Shown here: piece by piece, positions 9,843 through 21,823 of the stretch
Numbering within the stretch: position 1 is the first letter of the stretch
How the letters are laid out: each line of letters begins with the position of its first letter
Source: Spirochaetia bacterium
Lineage (GTDB): Bacteria; Spirochaetota; Spirochaetia; UBA9216
Direction: 5' to 3'
Assembly: GCA_963677925.2 (NCBI GenBank)
Contig: CAXXYH010000004.1
Span: 2,176,001 to 2,240,000, forward strand
Length of the DNA: 64,000 nt
Position numbers and translations under genes: made by a program
The notes under the pieces: model-generated
What the model saw: the letters and a program-made list of their open reading frames with translations, nothing else
Databases searched by the model: none
Told to the model about the DNA's origin: nothing

Positions 9843-11174
9843 GTGATATATATGAAACCAAGACTTTTACCTGTTTATTTTAAAAAGGAGCGGACCTCCC
9901 GCTTTTCAACCCAGCTTTCGGCATTGAAAAAACTGCTTGCGGATTCTGCAGAGTTTCTTCCCGAACAGCCGCTGGGTGCAACGGTGCCTGAATGTGAAGC
10001 GGTATTGTTTCCTGAGATTCTAGGTGAAGCATATCGTTCTGTTGAAGATATCAAATCAATTAATGTTCCTATACTCATTATTACTTCAGAATTTGCAACT
10101 GTTTCCATGTGGGATTGGGAAATCAGTAATTTTTTACGCGGGAAGGGGATTAAGACAGTTACTCCATACAGTCTGGATGAATCTCGATTAATCTGCAGAA
10201 TACTTGGAACCGCCAGGAAAATGTCAGTGTCTAAATTCCTTATCTTTCAGGATAATCCGGGGGAAGGTTTTCAGCCTGAGATTTTCAAATCTTTCTACTG
10301 GTGGGAAAAAGAAAGTGATGAAACTATACTTAGCCGTTTCGGTACAAAAATTGAGAGGCGAAGTCTGAAAGCTCTCGGGGAAAAGGCGGAGAAAGTCAGT
10401 GATGCAGATGCTAGACATCTATGGAACAGCTGGGATTATCCGAAAGTTGACGGTTTTGAAGAGATTAGAGGGCTGAATGCAGCCAAATTTCATATTGCAA
10501 TTACTGAGGAACTTGATTCCGAAGATATTATCGGTATCGGCTCCAACTGCCTGAATGAATCCCACTACTGTAAAACAACTCCCTGTATTACCTGGGACAG
10601 GCTGCTTGAAGATAGAGGATTGTTATGGGTCTGTGAGGGAGATACCCAAACTCTGACAAGTAAATATCTTTTGTATAATTCAATCGGGGCTCCGCTTTTT
10701 ATGACGAATATATATCCCTTTATGATGGGGCAGGCTGCGCTGAAGCATGAAAAGATTCCGTCTTTTCCTGAAATAGTTGATGACCCTGAGAACCATATTC
10801 TTCTTGCTCACTGCGGTTATTTCGGTTTGCTTCCGAGAAAGTTCAGCACAAGCTTTAAGCTTGTACCCAAACAGCTTGCCATAGTAAATGAGAATTCCCA
10901 TATGATTGATTCGAGAATGGCCGTCGGAGCTGTAACTGTTGCTAAAATGAATATGGCTATGAATAAGATTATGTCGATTAAGGGGGAGCTTAGAGGATAT
11001 GTTCAGTATGATTCATCTTCTGACGTAAGAAACGGAGGGATTCTGAAAGTCCAGAACGGCCGCCGGCTTATGGATAATGTTTATTCACATCATGTGATCC
11101 TGATGGAAGGAGACCATACTCAGGCTGTCGATCTAATCGGAAAACTGATGAATCTTGAAGTAGAGGTTATATAA
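9843..11174 (+). CDS. Hypothetical protein, possibly L-fucose/L-arabinose isomerase-like fold
   Basis: CEGD, LAHCG and C-terminal HH motifs resemble the FucI/AraA-like family; sugar-catabolism context. Confidence 0.55.
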   Translation: MIYMKPRLLPVYFKKERTSRFSTQLSALKKLLADSAEFLPEQPLGATVPECEAVLFPEILGEAYRSVEDIKSINVPILIITSEFATVSMWDWEISNFLRGKGIKTVTPYSLDESRLICRILGTARKMSVSKFLIFQDNPGEGFQPEIFKSFYWWEKESDETILSRFGTKIERRSLKALGEKAEKVSDADARHLWNSWDYPKVDGFEEIRGLNAAKFHIAITEELDSEDIIGIGSNCLNESHYCKTTPCITWDRLLEDRGLLWVCEGDTQTLTSKYLLYNSIGAPLFMTNIYPFMMGQAALKHEKIPSFPEIVDDPENHILLAHCGYFGLLPRKFSTSFKLVPKQLAIVNENSHMIDSRMAVGAVTVAKMNMAMNKIMSIKGELRGYVQYDSSSDVRNGGILKVQNGRRLMDNVYSHHVILMEGDHTQAVDLIGKLMNLEVEVI

Positions 11175-11937
11175 GATTCTGCTTTTTCCTGAATTCAGCC
11201 GGACTTGTTCCTGTTTCTTTTTTGAACAGCCGGCTGAAGTATCCCTGATCCTCAAATCCAAGATTGATTGATATTTCCTTAATTTCAAGTTCATCAGAAT
11301 CTGTCAGAAGACGTTTTGCCCGGTTTATTCTAAGTTCTGTCAGATAACGGCTTGGCGTTCTTCCTGTATTCTGTTTAAAAATCCGGCTCATATATGTAGG
11401 ATTAATTTTAAAATTTTCAGCAAGTTCGGATATTGCAATATTTTCTGTAAAATTATTTTTAAGAAATTCTGTCAGCTGTGTACACAGCTCGCTGACAGCG
11501 GTTTCGGAATTATAAATATATTCAGACTGGCAGAGTGTTTCCTGGTTGCCGGATAAAAGTATTTCCATGCGGGAAAGCAGGGATGTGAGTTCTTCTCTCG
11601 AGGATGGTTTTAAAATATAATCCTTCACTCCGAAATGGATGGCTTTTTTTGCATAACTGAAATCATCATAACCGCTTAAAATTACCACAGGAAGATCCGG
11701 ATGAGTTAAATACAGCTCTTCTATAAGCTCCAGTCCATCCATAACCGGCATTTTTATATCTGTTATCAGCAGGTTCGGAGCCTTTTCAATTATCATATCA
11801 AGTGCCTGCTTTCCGTTGACAGCAGTTCCGGCTATAAAAAAGAGTGGGTTTATTGACGGTATTTTTTTTGCAAGATTATCTCTGATCCTGTACTCGTCTT
11901 CTGCGATGATGACACTGAATTTATTATTAGTCCTCAA
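11167..11937 (-). CDS. Response regulator with AraC-type output domain (YesN-like)
   Basis: Receiver motifs ED, TDIKMPVMDG, LKP; C-terminal AraC HTH (GFEDQGYFSRLFKK). Confidence 0.93.
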   Translation of the reverse strand: MRTNNKFSVIIAEDEYRIRDNLAKKIPSINPLFFIAGTAVNGKQALDMIIEKAPNLLITDIKMPVMDGLELIEELYLTHPDLPVVILSGYDDFSYAKKAIHFGVKDYILKPSSREELTSLLSRMEILLSGNQETLCQSEYIYNSETAVSELCTQLTEFLKNNFTENIAISELAENFKINPTYMSRIFKQNTGRTPSRYLTELRINRAKRLLTDSDELEIKEISINLGFEDQGYFSRLFKKETGTSPAEFRKKQNLI

Positions 11938-13750
11938 CCGGTCCCTCCATTTCTATACAGGCTCCGCCAGTCTCTGTAGAATTATAACAGGAAAAACTGA
12001 AATCATTATTATAATAAAGCATCATCCTGGAATAAATATTGGGAAGTCCCAGTCCGTCAAAATGAAACCCAAGCTGAACAGCGATGTTTTTGTCGCAACT
12101 GGCAATCATTTCACTGTTTTTATTCAGTGCTTCTGAACTGAATCCGGGACCGTTATCCTTGATTGTAAGTCTCCATTTTTTTATTCCTGAAACAAACGAA
12201 ACCTGTGAATCAATAGTAATTTCCCACGGCGGTTCTTTTATTGTTGAATATTTGATGCTGTTTTCGACAAGGGGCAGGATGATGAGCTTTGGGACGCTCA
12301 TTTCAAAGATCTCCGGGGAGATGGATATTTTGTAGTTGAGCTCCTCTCCGAATCGAATTTTCATGCATTCTAGATAATTTCTGCTTATTTCAATTTCCTC
12401 CCGGAGCGGAACATAAAGCCTGCTCCTGGATGCCGTATATCTTAAAATTGACGTCAGGTGAGTAATGGTGTAGATGATATTTTCCGATTCACCTTCCTCT
12501 GCCATTATTCCAATACTTGTGAGCATATTATACATAAAATGAGGATCCATCTGGGACTGTAGGGCAAGCATTCGGGCGTTCTCCTGAAGACTTCTTTCTT
12601 TAACAACCAGTTTCATTGAATCGTACAGCTTTTTATTCATTTTCAGGAATTCCTGATGAATTTCTTCAAACTCGGTCAGGACGAAGATTTCATTTGATGT
12701 TTCAGGTCTTTCATCAGCCAGGTTGTCCCAGTGAAGATTGGAAATCCACCCGTTAAGCCGGCCGAGAGAGGTTGTTATCATGCCGGAGAAACGTCTTGCA
12801 ACCGAAATGCTGAAAATGAACAGCATTGCAGAGCCTATAACCATGATCAGCATCACACGGTGAACAGGAAGCAGGATATCGTTTTCCCTTGCTATATTCA
12901 GAATTGTCCAATTAATTTCCCTGCATTTACCTACCGAAATGATTTCTTTCTGATCTGTCACCTGATTACGGAATGAGAATATCCCTTCGTCAGTATTGCT
13001 GTTAAGCAGGTTGGTGTACGGTTTCAGCTCTGTAAGCGTAAAAGGATATAGTTGTTCATGTGCCGCGTTAAAAATCATGAAATTCTTATTGGCTTTTGAC
13101 GGCCCATAAAATATGGTTTCTGCAAACTGTTTAACCTCTATTATTCCGATGGTTTTATTGGAATTCTCACTGAAAATGGAACGATACAGGGATATATAAT
13201 TCTGATTTTTATATAAGGGAAAGGCTTTTTCAGCAAGAGGATCCCTTATTGCATTACTGAAATGCCTTTTCCCGTAGGTCCTGTCAATCCCCTCAATTGC
13301 CAGTTCGGTTTCAAGCGGTATTTCATGAATCAGATTGTATGTTCCGGCACCGATTAATCTTCCGTCTGGTGTGATGTAATTGATTTGAGGAACAGTTTTG
13401 ACTGGACCGGCAGTCATGGCCAGAGTGTTTGAGATATCTCGTCCGGCCAGATAGATCTCGGTGCTTGATTGTGAATATCCATCAGCCGTGAGTTCAAGAT
13501 ATAAGTTAATTTGATTTTTCAGTATTGTAGAATTTGATATGTTCAGTGACAGGTTATTCATTTTCGCAATTTCAGAATCGATTATACTCACCATCTTGTC
13601 AGTAAGATAAGTCAGGTTGGATTCTTCCCTGTTTCTTAGAACCTGTGAAGTGTAAATAAAGAAAAACAAAGAAAGAATAAATACAGTTATGACTATCGGG
13701 ATGAAGTATGCGAAAAATAATGTTTTCTCGACTGTTCTCTGTTTCATCAT
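11927..13750 (-). CDS. Sensor histidine kinase (YesM/LytS-like His_kinase family)
   Basis: LQSQMDPHFMYNML H-box, ENSIKY, DNGPG, two TM helices; start set at ATG 13750 because the longer ORF overlaps the divergent gene. Confidence 0.9.
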   Translation of the reverse strand: MMKQRTVEKTLFFAYFIPIVITVFILSLFFFIYTSQVLRNREESNLTYLTDKMVSIIDSEIAKMNNLSLNISNSTILKNQINLYLELTADGYSQSSTEIYLAGRDISNTLAMTAGPVKTVPQINYITPDGRLIGAGTYNLIHEIPLETELAIEGIDRTYGKRHFSNAIRDPLAEKAFPLYKNQNYISLYRSIFSENSNKTIGIIEVKQFAETIFYGPSKANKNFMIFNAAHEQLYPFTLTELKPYTNLLNSNTDEGIFSFRNQVTDQKEIISVGKCREINWTILNIARENDILLPVHRVMLIMVIGSAMLFIFSISVARRFSGMITTSLGRLNGWISNLHWDNLADERPETSNEIFVLTEFEEIHQEFLKMNKKLYDSMKLVVKERSLQENARMLALQSQMDPHFMYNMLTSIGIMAEEGESENIIYTITHLTSILRYTASRSRLYVPLREEIEISRNYLECMKIRFGEELNYKISISPEIFEMSVPKLIILPLVENSIKYSTIKEPPWEITIDSQVSFVSGIKKWRLTIKDNGPGFSSEALNKNSEMIASCDKNIAVQLGFHFDGLGLPNIYSRMMLYYNNDFSFSCYNSTETGGACIEMEGPVED

Positions 13751-13797
13751 ACGCAGATAATTATAACTCTGTCCTGCCTTTTTTATAAAGTTGAAAA

Positions 13798-13828
13798 TGT
13801 CCATATGGAAGATCAGTTTTGTCCATAT
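13798..13828 (+). promoter_or_regulatory. Direct repeat TGTCCATAT x2 (22-bp period), candidate binding site of the AraC-type response regulator
   Basis: Exact 9-mers at 13798 and 13820 in the divergent intergenic region; two-turn spacing is typical of AraC-family half-sites (inference). Confidence 0.5.
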
Positions 13829-13893
13829 ACAAATAAAAAGAATCACTATTAAAATAACATAAAATAAGAACAAATGAAAGGAGAAGAAGGCAA

Positions 13894-14901
13894 ATGAAAA
13901 GAGTTGTTTTTGTATTTTTGTGTGTTTCAATTCTTTTAGGTGTATCGACCGGTGTTTTTGCTGCAGGGCAGCAGGATGCAGCATCAAAAGATGAATTTGT
14001 AATCGGATGGAGTAATGCCGGAATGGGAGATTCCTGGAGGCAGTTTTTAAAGGCTAACTTTGAAGCAGAGGTAGCTGCAAATCCTGAAATTGTAAAATAC
14101 TATATTTCTGATGCAAATGAGAGGCCTGAAAAACAGATTTCAGATATTGATGATCTTCTGGCAAAGGGTGTGGATGGACTGATTATTTACCCGACTGTAG
14201 GCGATGCAATTATTCCGGCTGTAGAACGGGCTTACGAATCAGGTATTCCTGTAATAGTTTTTGGGGGCAGTATCAATACTGACAGTCTTACAAGTCTTGT
14301 TACTCAGGATCTGTATGAATTCGGAAGAGCTCAGGCGAAGTGGCTTGTAGACGAGCTTAACGGCAGCGGGAAAATAATTATGCTTTCAGGTATTGCAGGC
14401 AATACAACAGCTGAAGAAAGACTTGCAGGAGCCAGAGAAGTTTTTACGGCCAATCCCGGTATTGAAATCCTTGATCATCAGTACTGTGACTGGTCTGCTG
14501 CCAAAACAAAAACAATAGTGGAAGCTATGCTGAATGCATTCCCGGAAATAGACGGAATCTGGGCTGATTCAGGATTGATGTCATGGCCTGCACTCCAGGC
14601 TTTCGAAGAAGCCGGAAGACCGCTTGTTCCTTCAACAGGAGACCAGCTTAACGGCTATGCAAAATATGTAACTGAGAAAAATGTTCCGGCCTATCTTTAT
14701 CCAATGTCTACAAGACTTTCATCAGAGGCTGTAAAAGTTTTAGTAAAGGCTATGAAGGGTGAAGCAGTTGATAAGATGGTTTCAGCTTCATTTGAAGGAA
14801 TGGGACCTGATAAAATAAAGGAATTTGTTAAGCCGAATCTTTCCGATTGGTGGTGGGTCGGTGATGACCAGATTCCGGAAAAGTTTCTGCCGAAACTGTA
14901 A
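13894..14901 (+). CDS. Sugar ABC transporter substrate-binding protein
   Basis: Signal peptide ..VFAAGQQ; class I periplasmic binding protein motifs. Confidence 0.9.
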   Translation: MKRVVFVFLCVSILLGVSTGVFAAGQQDAASKDEFVIGWSNAGMGDSWRQFLKANFEAEVAANPEIVKYYISDANERPEKQISDIDDLLAKGVDGLIIYPTVGDAIIPAVERAYESGIPVIVFGGSINTDSLTSLVTQDLYEFGRAQAKWLVDELNGSGKIIMLSGIAGNTTAEERLAGAREVFTANPGIEILDHQYCDWSAAKTKTIVEAMLNAFPEIDGIWADSGLMSWPALQAFEEAGRPLVPSTGDQLNGYAKYVTEKNVPAYLYPMSTRLSSEAVKVLVKAMKGEAVDKMVSASFEGMGPDKIKEFVKPNLSDWWWVGDDQIPEKFLPKL

Positions 14902-14920
14902 AATCGTTAATTTCAGTTAT

Positions 14921-14943
14921 AGCCCGGATTTTCCGGGCTTTTT
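14921..14943 (+). terminator. Intra-operon hairpin plus T-tract after the binding-protein gene
   Basis: AGCCCGGA-ttt-TCCGGGCT-TTTT. Confidence 0.65.
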
Positions 14944-14963
14944 GGTATAGGAGAGAGGAAACA

Positions 14964-16106
14964 GTGAATATTGAAAATTTGAAGAAAGATATAAATTTCC
15001 ACGGTAGAAAATTATCCAACAGGTTTGCAATTCTGCCTACTGAAAGTAACTGTGCTGCACCCGGCGGACTTCCTGGAGAAGAAGTTATTGAGGTTTACCG
15101 AAAGGCTGCCGGAGGCGGGGCTGCACTGATCTACTGTGAAGCAACTGCTGTAAGCGCTGGCGCCAGAGCCAGAGTTAATCAGCTTATTCTGACAAAGGAT
15201 AACTGGGAAGCTTTCAAGCCGCTGGTACAGGCTGTAAAAGATGAAAATCCGGAAGCTGTTTTTATCCTCCAGCTTGACCATGCAGGGACACTGGCAGACC
15301 CCTCTTTTGCTGAACCTGTTGCTGTGTATGAACGGGACGGAAACCCTGTACATGTTCTCACTGATGCGGAGATTGAAAATATTATAAAGAATTTTATAGA
15401 CTCAAGCCTGGCCGCGGAAAAAGCCGGATTTGACGGTGTAGAGATAAAAATATGTCACGGTTTTCTGGGAACAGATTTTATTCAGCCTTTAAATAGGAGG
15501 GTGGGACGCTACGGCAGGAGTCTAAAAAACAGAACTTCTTTTATAGAAGAATTTTCATCCGGAGTCAAAAAGGAAGCCTCTGAAAGTTTTATACTAGGGC
15601 TTCGAATTCCTGCATATGAGAGTATTCCCGGCGGATTCGGAACCTCAGGCCCCGATGAAGTAATCGAAGATTTAACTGAAACTCTGGAAATGTGCAGGAT
15701 TGCTGAAAACGCGGGTGTTTCGATTATTTCTGTTTCGGCAGGAAGCGCAGTTGGAAATGCAGATCTTATTCATCCTACTGAGAAGTATCCCGACGGTGTT
15801 TACCGACATTTCGGGTGGGCTGCTGCGGTGAAAAAGGCTGTAGGAATTCCGGTTGTCGGTGCAGGATACAGCTATCTTTCAAATGGGAAAACCGGAATAG
15901 GCAGCTGGAGTTACTGGGCTGAGAAGAATGTACGGGATGGAAATGTAGACTTTGTCGGACTTGGGAGGCAGAGTATTGCGGATCCGCTTCTACCCTCAAA
16001 ACTGATGGATGGCAGGGAAAATTCAATTAATTACTGTACGGCCTGTCTCGGCTGCGGCGGACTTTTGCTGAGTCAGCAAAAAGTAGAATGCGTGGTTTAT
16101 AAATGA
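14964..16106 (+). CDS. NADH:flavin oxidoreductase (Old Yellow Enzyme-like TIM barrel)
   Basis: AGFDGVEI..HG, YG.SL.NR, GRQSIADP, C-terminal CxxCxxC..C. Confidence 0.85.
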   Translation: MNIENLKKDINFHGRKLSNRFAILPTESNCAAPGGLPGEEVIEVYRKAAGGGAALIYCEATAVSAGARARVNQLILTKDNWEAFKPLVQAVKDENPEAVFILQLDHAGTLADPSFAEPVAVYERDGNPVHVLTDAEIENIIKNFIDSSLAAEKAGFDGVEIKICHGFLGTDFIQPLNRRVGRYGRSLKNRTSFIEEFSSGVKKEASESFILGLRIPAYESIPGGFGTSGPDEVIEDLTETLEMCRIAENAGVSIISVSAGSAVGNADLIHPTEKYPDGVYRHFGWAAAVKKAVGIPVVGAGYSYLSNGKTGIGSWSYWAEKNVRDGNVDFVGLGRQSIADPLLPSKLMDGRENSINYCTACLGCGGLLLSQQKVECVVYK

Positions 16107-17050
16107 TTCTGATAAAAAAACAGGGGGAGGTCGCTGTCGGACTCTGGGCTGCTTTAATAATTATGATTGCAGCAGCCCTGGTTCTTCAGTTAATAACCGG
16201 TGTCAGTTTTTTCACCCTGAGTAATATGCTGAATGTTGCGCGAAACTTTTCAATGCTCGGACTGGTTGCGCTGGGACAGACTATGGTGATAATGTCCGGC
16301 GGACTGGATCTTTCAGTGGTTGCTGTAATCTCAACCGGGAATATCCTGGCTGCATCCATGATTGACGGCAGGAATTCTCTGGTCCTTCCCGTACTGCTTC
16401 TCACAATGACTGTAGGAGCTATTGTTGGAATGATGAACGGACTTCTTGTAACAAAACGTAAAGTGCCTGCATTTATAGCAACCCTTGGGGTCTCCATTGT
16501 TGTTAACGGGCTGCGTCTTATTGCTACAGGAGGGATTCCGAAAGGCAATGTCGCTGCCAGTCTGATTGAGATCGGAACCGGAAATTTCCTTGGTATCCCA
16601 TGGCTCGTTCTGATTTTCGGAATAACCGCTGTTTTCTTCTATTATCTTCTATCCAGATCTGCTTATGGCAGACGTTTGAGAGTGACCGGGTGCAATCATG
16701 ATGTCGCTGAACTCTCAGGAATACGAACGGATCGGGTGATTATCACTGCATATATTCTGTGCGGAGCTTTGAGTGCACTTACCGGTGTGTTTCTTTCGGG
16801 CTATACAGGAATAGCTGATAACTGGGCGGGAAACGAGTTTGACATTAACAGTATCGCAGCAGCGGTTCTTGGCGGTGCTGCAATCGGGGGAGGTTCCGGT
16901 TCTGTTCAGGGGACAGTATTAGGTTCAATTATCCTTCTTCTTATAACAAACCTGGCAATACTTGCACACCTTCCGATTCAGAGTCAGATGATGATAAAGG
17001 GACTGGTAATTATTCTGGCTCTTGGTCTTTTTAACAAGGGGAGGAGATGA
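16103..17050 (+). CDS. Sugar ABC transporter permease
   Basis: GGLDLS motif, hydrophobic. Confidence 0.92.
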   Translation: MILIKKQGEVAVGLWAALIIMIAAALVLQLITGVSFFTLSNMLNVARNFSMLGLVALGQTMVIMSGGLDLSVVAVISTGNILAASMIDGRNSLVLPVLLLTMTVGAIVGMMNGLLVTKRKVPAFIATLGVSIVVNGLRLIATGGIPKGNVAASLIEIGTGNFLGIPWLVLIFGITAVFFYYLLSRSAYGRRLRVTGCNHDVAELSGIRTDRVIITAYILCGALSALTGVFLSGYTGIADNWAGNEFDINSIAAAVLGGAAIGGGSGSVQGTVLGSIILLLITNLAILAHLPIQSQMMIKGLVIILALGLFNKGRR

Positions 17051-18585
17051 TGGATTCAGAATATATCCTGGAATTCCGTGGTATTGATAAACAGTTTCCA
17101 GGCGTGATGGCTTTGTCTGATGTAAATATGGCTTTTAAGCCTGGGGAAGTTCATGCCCTTGTGGGCGAAAATGGCGCCGGGAAATCTACTCTTATGAAGA
17201 TTTTGTCAGGAGTTTACCAGCCTACAAGAGGGAAGATAATATACAGGGGGCATGACTTTGTACTCCAGAATCCCCATCATGCACAAACAGCGGGCATTTC
17301 CATAATTTTTCAGGAATTCAGCCTGATAAATACTCTGGATGTAACGGAAAATGTCTTTCTTAACAGGGAACCTCTAACAAGGTTCGGTCTTTTCGACAAG
17401 AAGAAGGCTTCAGCCAGAACAGTCCAGCTTCTGGACTCTATAGGAATTAAGCTTGATGTTTCTTCGAAAATCAGAGATCTCAGTGTGATAGAACAGCAGA
17501 CTGTTGAAATTGTAAAGGCTCTTTCTATTGATGCAGATATCATAATTATGGATGAGCCTTCAGCAGCTCTCTCGGATAAAGAGCTGTCAAAGCTTTTTGA
17601 TATAATTCATAAACTTCGGAGTGACGGAAAAACCATAATATATATATCCCATATGCTGGAAGAGGTTTTTTCAATTGCTGACAGGGTTACAGTTCTCAAA
17701 GACGGAAAGGTAATGGCTACAGAGAACACCTGCGATATTGACAGGAACCGGCTGGTCAGTCTTATGGTTGGACGTGAGATAGATGATGTATATCCTGAAC
17801 TTCCGGAGGAAACCGGTGAAACTATTCTTTCTGTGGAGGCTTTAAGCGGCGAGGGTATTGAGAACATTACGCTAAAACTCAAAAAAGGTGAAATACTTGG
17901 AGTGGCAGGAATTGCCGGTTCGGGACGTTCTGCTCTGGTAGAAACTATTTTGGGGCTGCGTCAAGGGAACTCCGGAAATATGGAATTAAACGATATCTCT
18001 GTAAAATTCAAAAATATACGTGAGGCTATATCAGCCGGGTTCTGCTATATTCATTCTGATCGCAAGAACAAGGGAATCATTGCTCCTGAATCAATCACAG
18101 TAAATACAACTATAACAAATCTTGATGAATACAAAGGCCGGTTTTTGCTGAAGAAAAATAGAGAAGAAAAAGTAACCCGTGAACAGGCTGAACTTCTCGG
18201 GACCAGGATGGCCGGGATAAATCAGAAAATAGAAGAGCTCTCCGGCGGAAATCAGCAGAAGGTTCTACTATCGAGGGCTCTTCTAAAGGAACCTGCAATT
18301 TATATTATAAATGAGCCTACTCGTGGAATAGATGTCGGAGCTAAACATGAAATCTATAAAATTATGCGGGAACTGACCAGTCAGGGGAAGTCTATAATTA
18401 TGGTTTCTTCAGAGCTGCCGGAGATTATTGGAATGTCCGATCGAATTGCAGTTATGAATTTTGGACGACTTGCAGGGGTATTGGATCAGCATAAAAAAAG
18501 GTACTCGGAAGAAGAAATTCTGTCTCTTGCAGTAGGTCATGAATACCAGCTTCCGGCAGGAGGATGTGATGAAGAAGAGATTTAA
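17047..18585 (+). CDS. Sugar ABC transporter ATP-binding protein
   Basis: GENGAGKS, LSGGNQQK, tandem ABC domains. Confidence 0.93.
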   Translation: MMDSEYILEFRGIDKQFPGVMALSDVNMAFKPGEVHALVGENGAGKSTLMKILSGVYQPTRGKIIYRGHDFVLQNPHHAQTAGISIIFQEFSLINTLDVTENVFLNREPLTRFGLFDKKKASARTVQLLDSIGIKLDVSSKIRDLSVIEQQTVEIVKALSIDADIIIMDEPSAALSDKELSKLFDIIHKLRSDGKTIIYISHMLEEVFSIADRVTVLKDGKVMATENTCDIDRNRLVSLMVGREIDDVYPELPEETGETILSVEALSGEGIENITLKLKKGEILGVAGIAGSGRSALVETILGLRQGNSGNMELNDISVKFKNIREAISAGFCYIHSDRKNKGIIAPESITVNTTITNLDEYKGRFLLKKNREEKVTREQAELLGTRMAGINQKIEELSGGNQQKVLLSRALLKEPAIYIINEPTRGIDVGAKHEIYKIMRELTSQGKSIIMVSSELPEIIGMSDRIAVMNFGRLAGVLDQHKKRYSEEEILSLAVGHEYQLPAGGCDEEEI

Positions 18586-19534
18586 AATTAGAATTACAGA
18601 TCCCGGTGTGTTTGTCTGGGTACTGCTGGCTGCAATAATAATTTTCAGCATGTCAGCCAACCCTGTCTTTCTAAGAACCAGGAATCTGAAGAATGTATTT
18701 CTTATTCAGCCGGTAGGATTAGGGCTTGCCTCTCTGGGACAGGCTGTAATTATCATTTCCGGCGGGATCGATATGTCGATCGGTGCCGCTGTTTCTCTTT
18801 TGACTTCGATTGCCGGCGGGCTTTATCGTGATTTTCCGCAAATAGGGGTTCTGACCGTATTTATTTTAATAGCCGGTATAGGGCTTTTAATAGGTTTTAT
18901 TAACGGGCTTCTGGTTGTAAAGCTGAAGATTGCTCCGTTTATGGCCACACTTGCAACAATGTCTGTTATTCAGGGTGGAATATTTATATATACAAAAAAA
19001 ACAATAGGCGGTATTCCAAAGAGTTTCCGTTATATAGCGGAAGGAAATATAGGAGCTGTACCTGCAAGTTTTATCTATTTCATCCTGATTCTTTTACTGG
19101 TGTATATTTTACTCAATAAATCAAGATACGGACGCCACCTGTATGCTGTCGGGGCAAATGACTGGGTGTCAAGAATCAGCGGGATAGCTGTGGATAGAAT
19201 TCAGTTGTCAGCCTATATGTTCGGAGGGTTACTGGTAGGTTTGGCCTCAGTCTTTCTTGCCGGAAGAATGGGCGGAGGCGGACCGCTTGTAGGTAAGGGG
19301 TATGAACTTGATACTATTACCGCAGTTGTGATTGGCGGTATTGCTCTGGCTGGAGGTGAAGGTAATATTACGGGTGCTGTAGGCGGAGTATTGATTCTAA
19401 GCATCTTCAGTAACCTTATGAATATTCTTGATGTAAATCCTTATATACAGATGCTTCTAAAAGGTCTCATACTTATAACTGCGGTGTTCTTTTATTCTCA
19501 GAAAACGGTTAAGAGCAAAAGAATTACAGCCTGA
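18569..19534 (+). CDS. Sugar ABC transporter permease (second)
   Basis: GGIDMS motif; start near 18566-18569 after AGGAGG. Confidence 0.9.
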   Translation: MKKRFKIRITDPGVFVWVLLAAIIIFSMSANPVFLRTRNLKNVFLIQPVGLGLASLGQAVIIISGGIDMSIGAAVSLLTSIAGGLYRDFPQIGVLTVFILIAGIGLLIGFINGLLVVKLKIAPFMATLATMSVIQGGIFIYTKKTIGGIPKSFRYIAEGNIGAVPASFIYFILILLLVYILLNKSRYGRHLYAVGANDWVSRISGIAVDRIQLSAYMFGGLLVGLASVFLAGRMGGGGPLVGKGYELDTITAVVIGGIALAGGEGNITGAVGGVLILSIFSNLMNILDVNPYIQMLLKGLILITAVFFYSQKTVKSKRITA

Positions 19535-19617
19535 AGTTTGCATTTTTTTATTCTACTATGTGAGAAATAGGTTTTTAATGAAATCCTATAAAATTATAAG
19601 AAATATTTGTATTTCCG

Positions 19618-19646
19618 TTGACATGAAAGGCCAATTTCTATATATT
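19618..19646 (+). promoter_or_regulatory. rrn operon promoter
   Basis: TTGACA-N17-TATATT with an AT-rich upstream region. Confidence 0.8.
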
Positions 19647-19798
19647 CATCATCACACGTTAACGAGACGAATTGCCGACATCTGCTTGAAAGAGTTTGTT
19701 TGAAGCAGTTGCATCTCATCAAAGAAATAACGTAGGTGAATATTCAGCCTCCGCTCATGGAAAGCAGTAAAGCTTCTATGTGCGTTTTTGGGTGGATG

Positions 19799-19810
19799 TG
19801 TTCTTTAACA
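19799..19810 (+). promoter_or_regulatory. boxA antitermination element in the rrn leader
   Basis: TGTTCTTTAACA versus consensus TGCTCTTTAACA; second copy CGTTCTTTAAAA at 21959-21970. Confidence 0.75.
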
Positions 19811-19937
19811 GTTAATTAGGGAAGGAAAGAGAGCCTGTGTTAATAGGTTTGATACTGAGCTACTTGAAAGATAGTAGATAGTGCGAACCGTCAATTGTTA
19901 GGATTAAAATTGCTAAGCTTTATGTTTAGCAAATTAT

Positions 19938-21475
<1,538 letters not shown>

Positions 21476-21749
21476 CAATGTGAAAGGAACGTGACTAAGT
21501 CTGAAAACTTCGGTTTTAAAACTTAGCTTAGAGTTTGTTTACAAGCTTTAACGCTTTAATAGTCATGGAAAAAACAGCCTGTTAGGCAAAAAACAACGCA
21601 GTGAAGTTCAGTTTACTGAACTTCCGAGATGCAGCTTGCTGCATCTCCGCTCTCTTTCTTCCTTTTTTATATTAAGTGAAGGTCAACTGGTTTTACTCGC
21701 TTGGAGATTTACCATGTAAAGCTCTGGAGGAAATCTTTGATTTTCTTTC

Positions 21750-21823
21750 GGGGGTATAGCTCAGCTGGCTAGAGCGGTGGCTTTGCAAGCCATAGGTCTG
21801 GGGTTCGAATCCCCATACCTCCA
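21750..21823 (+). tRNA. tRNA-Ala (TGC), CCA not encoded
   Basis: Acceptor stem GGGGGTA/TACCTCC with G3:U70, anticodon loop TTTGCAA, GGTTCGAATCC T-arm. Confidence 0.97.

Noticed and set aside
13751-13987. N-terminal extension of the histidine kinase ORF to 13987
   Set aside because: It overlaps the divergent binding-protein gene and its promoter region; ATG at 13750/13747 precedes the first TM helix
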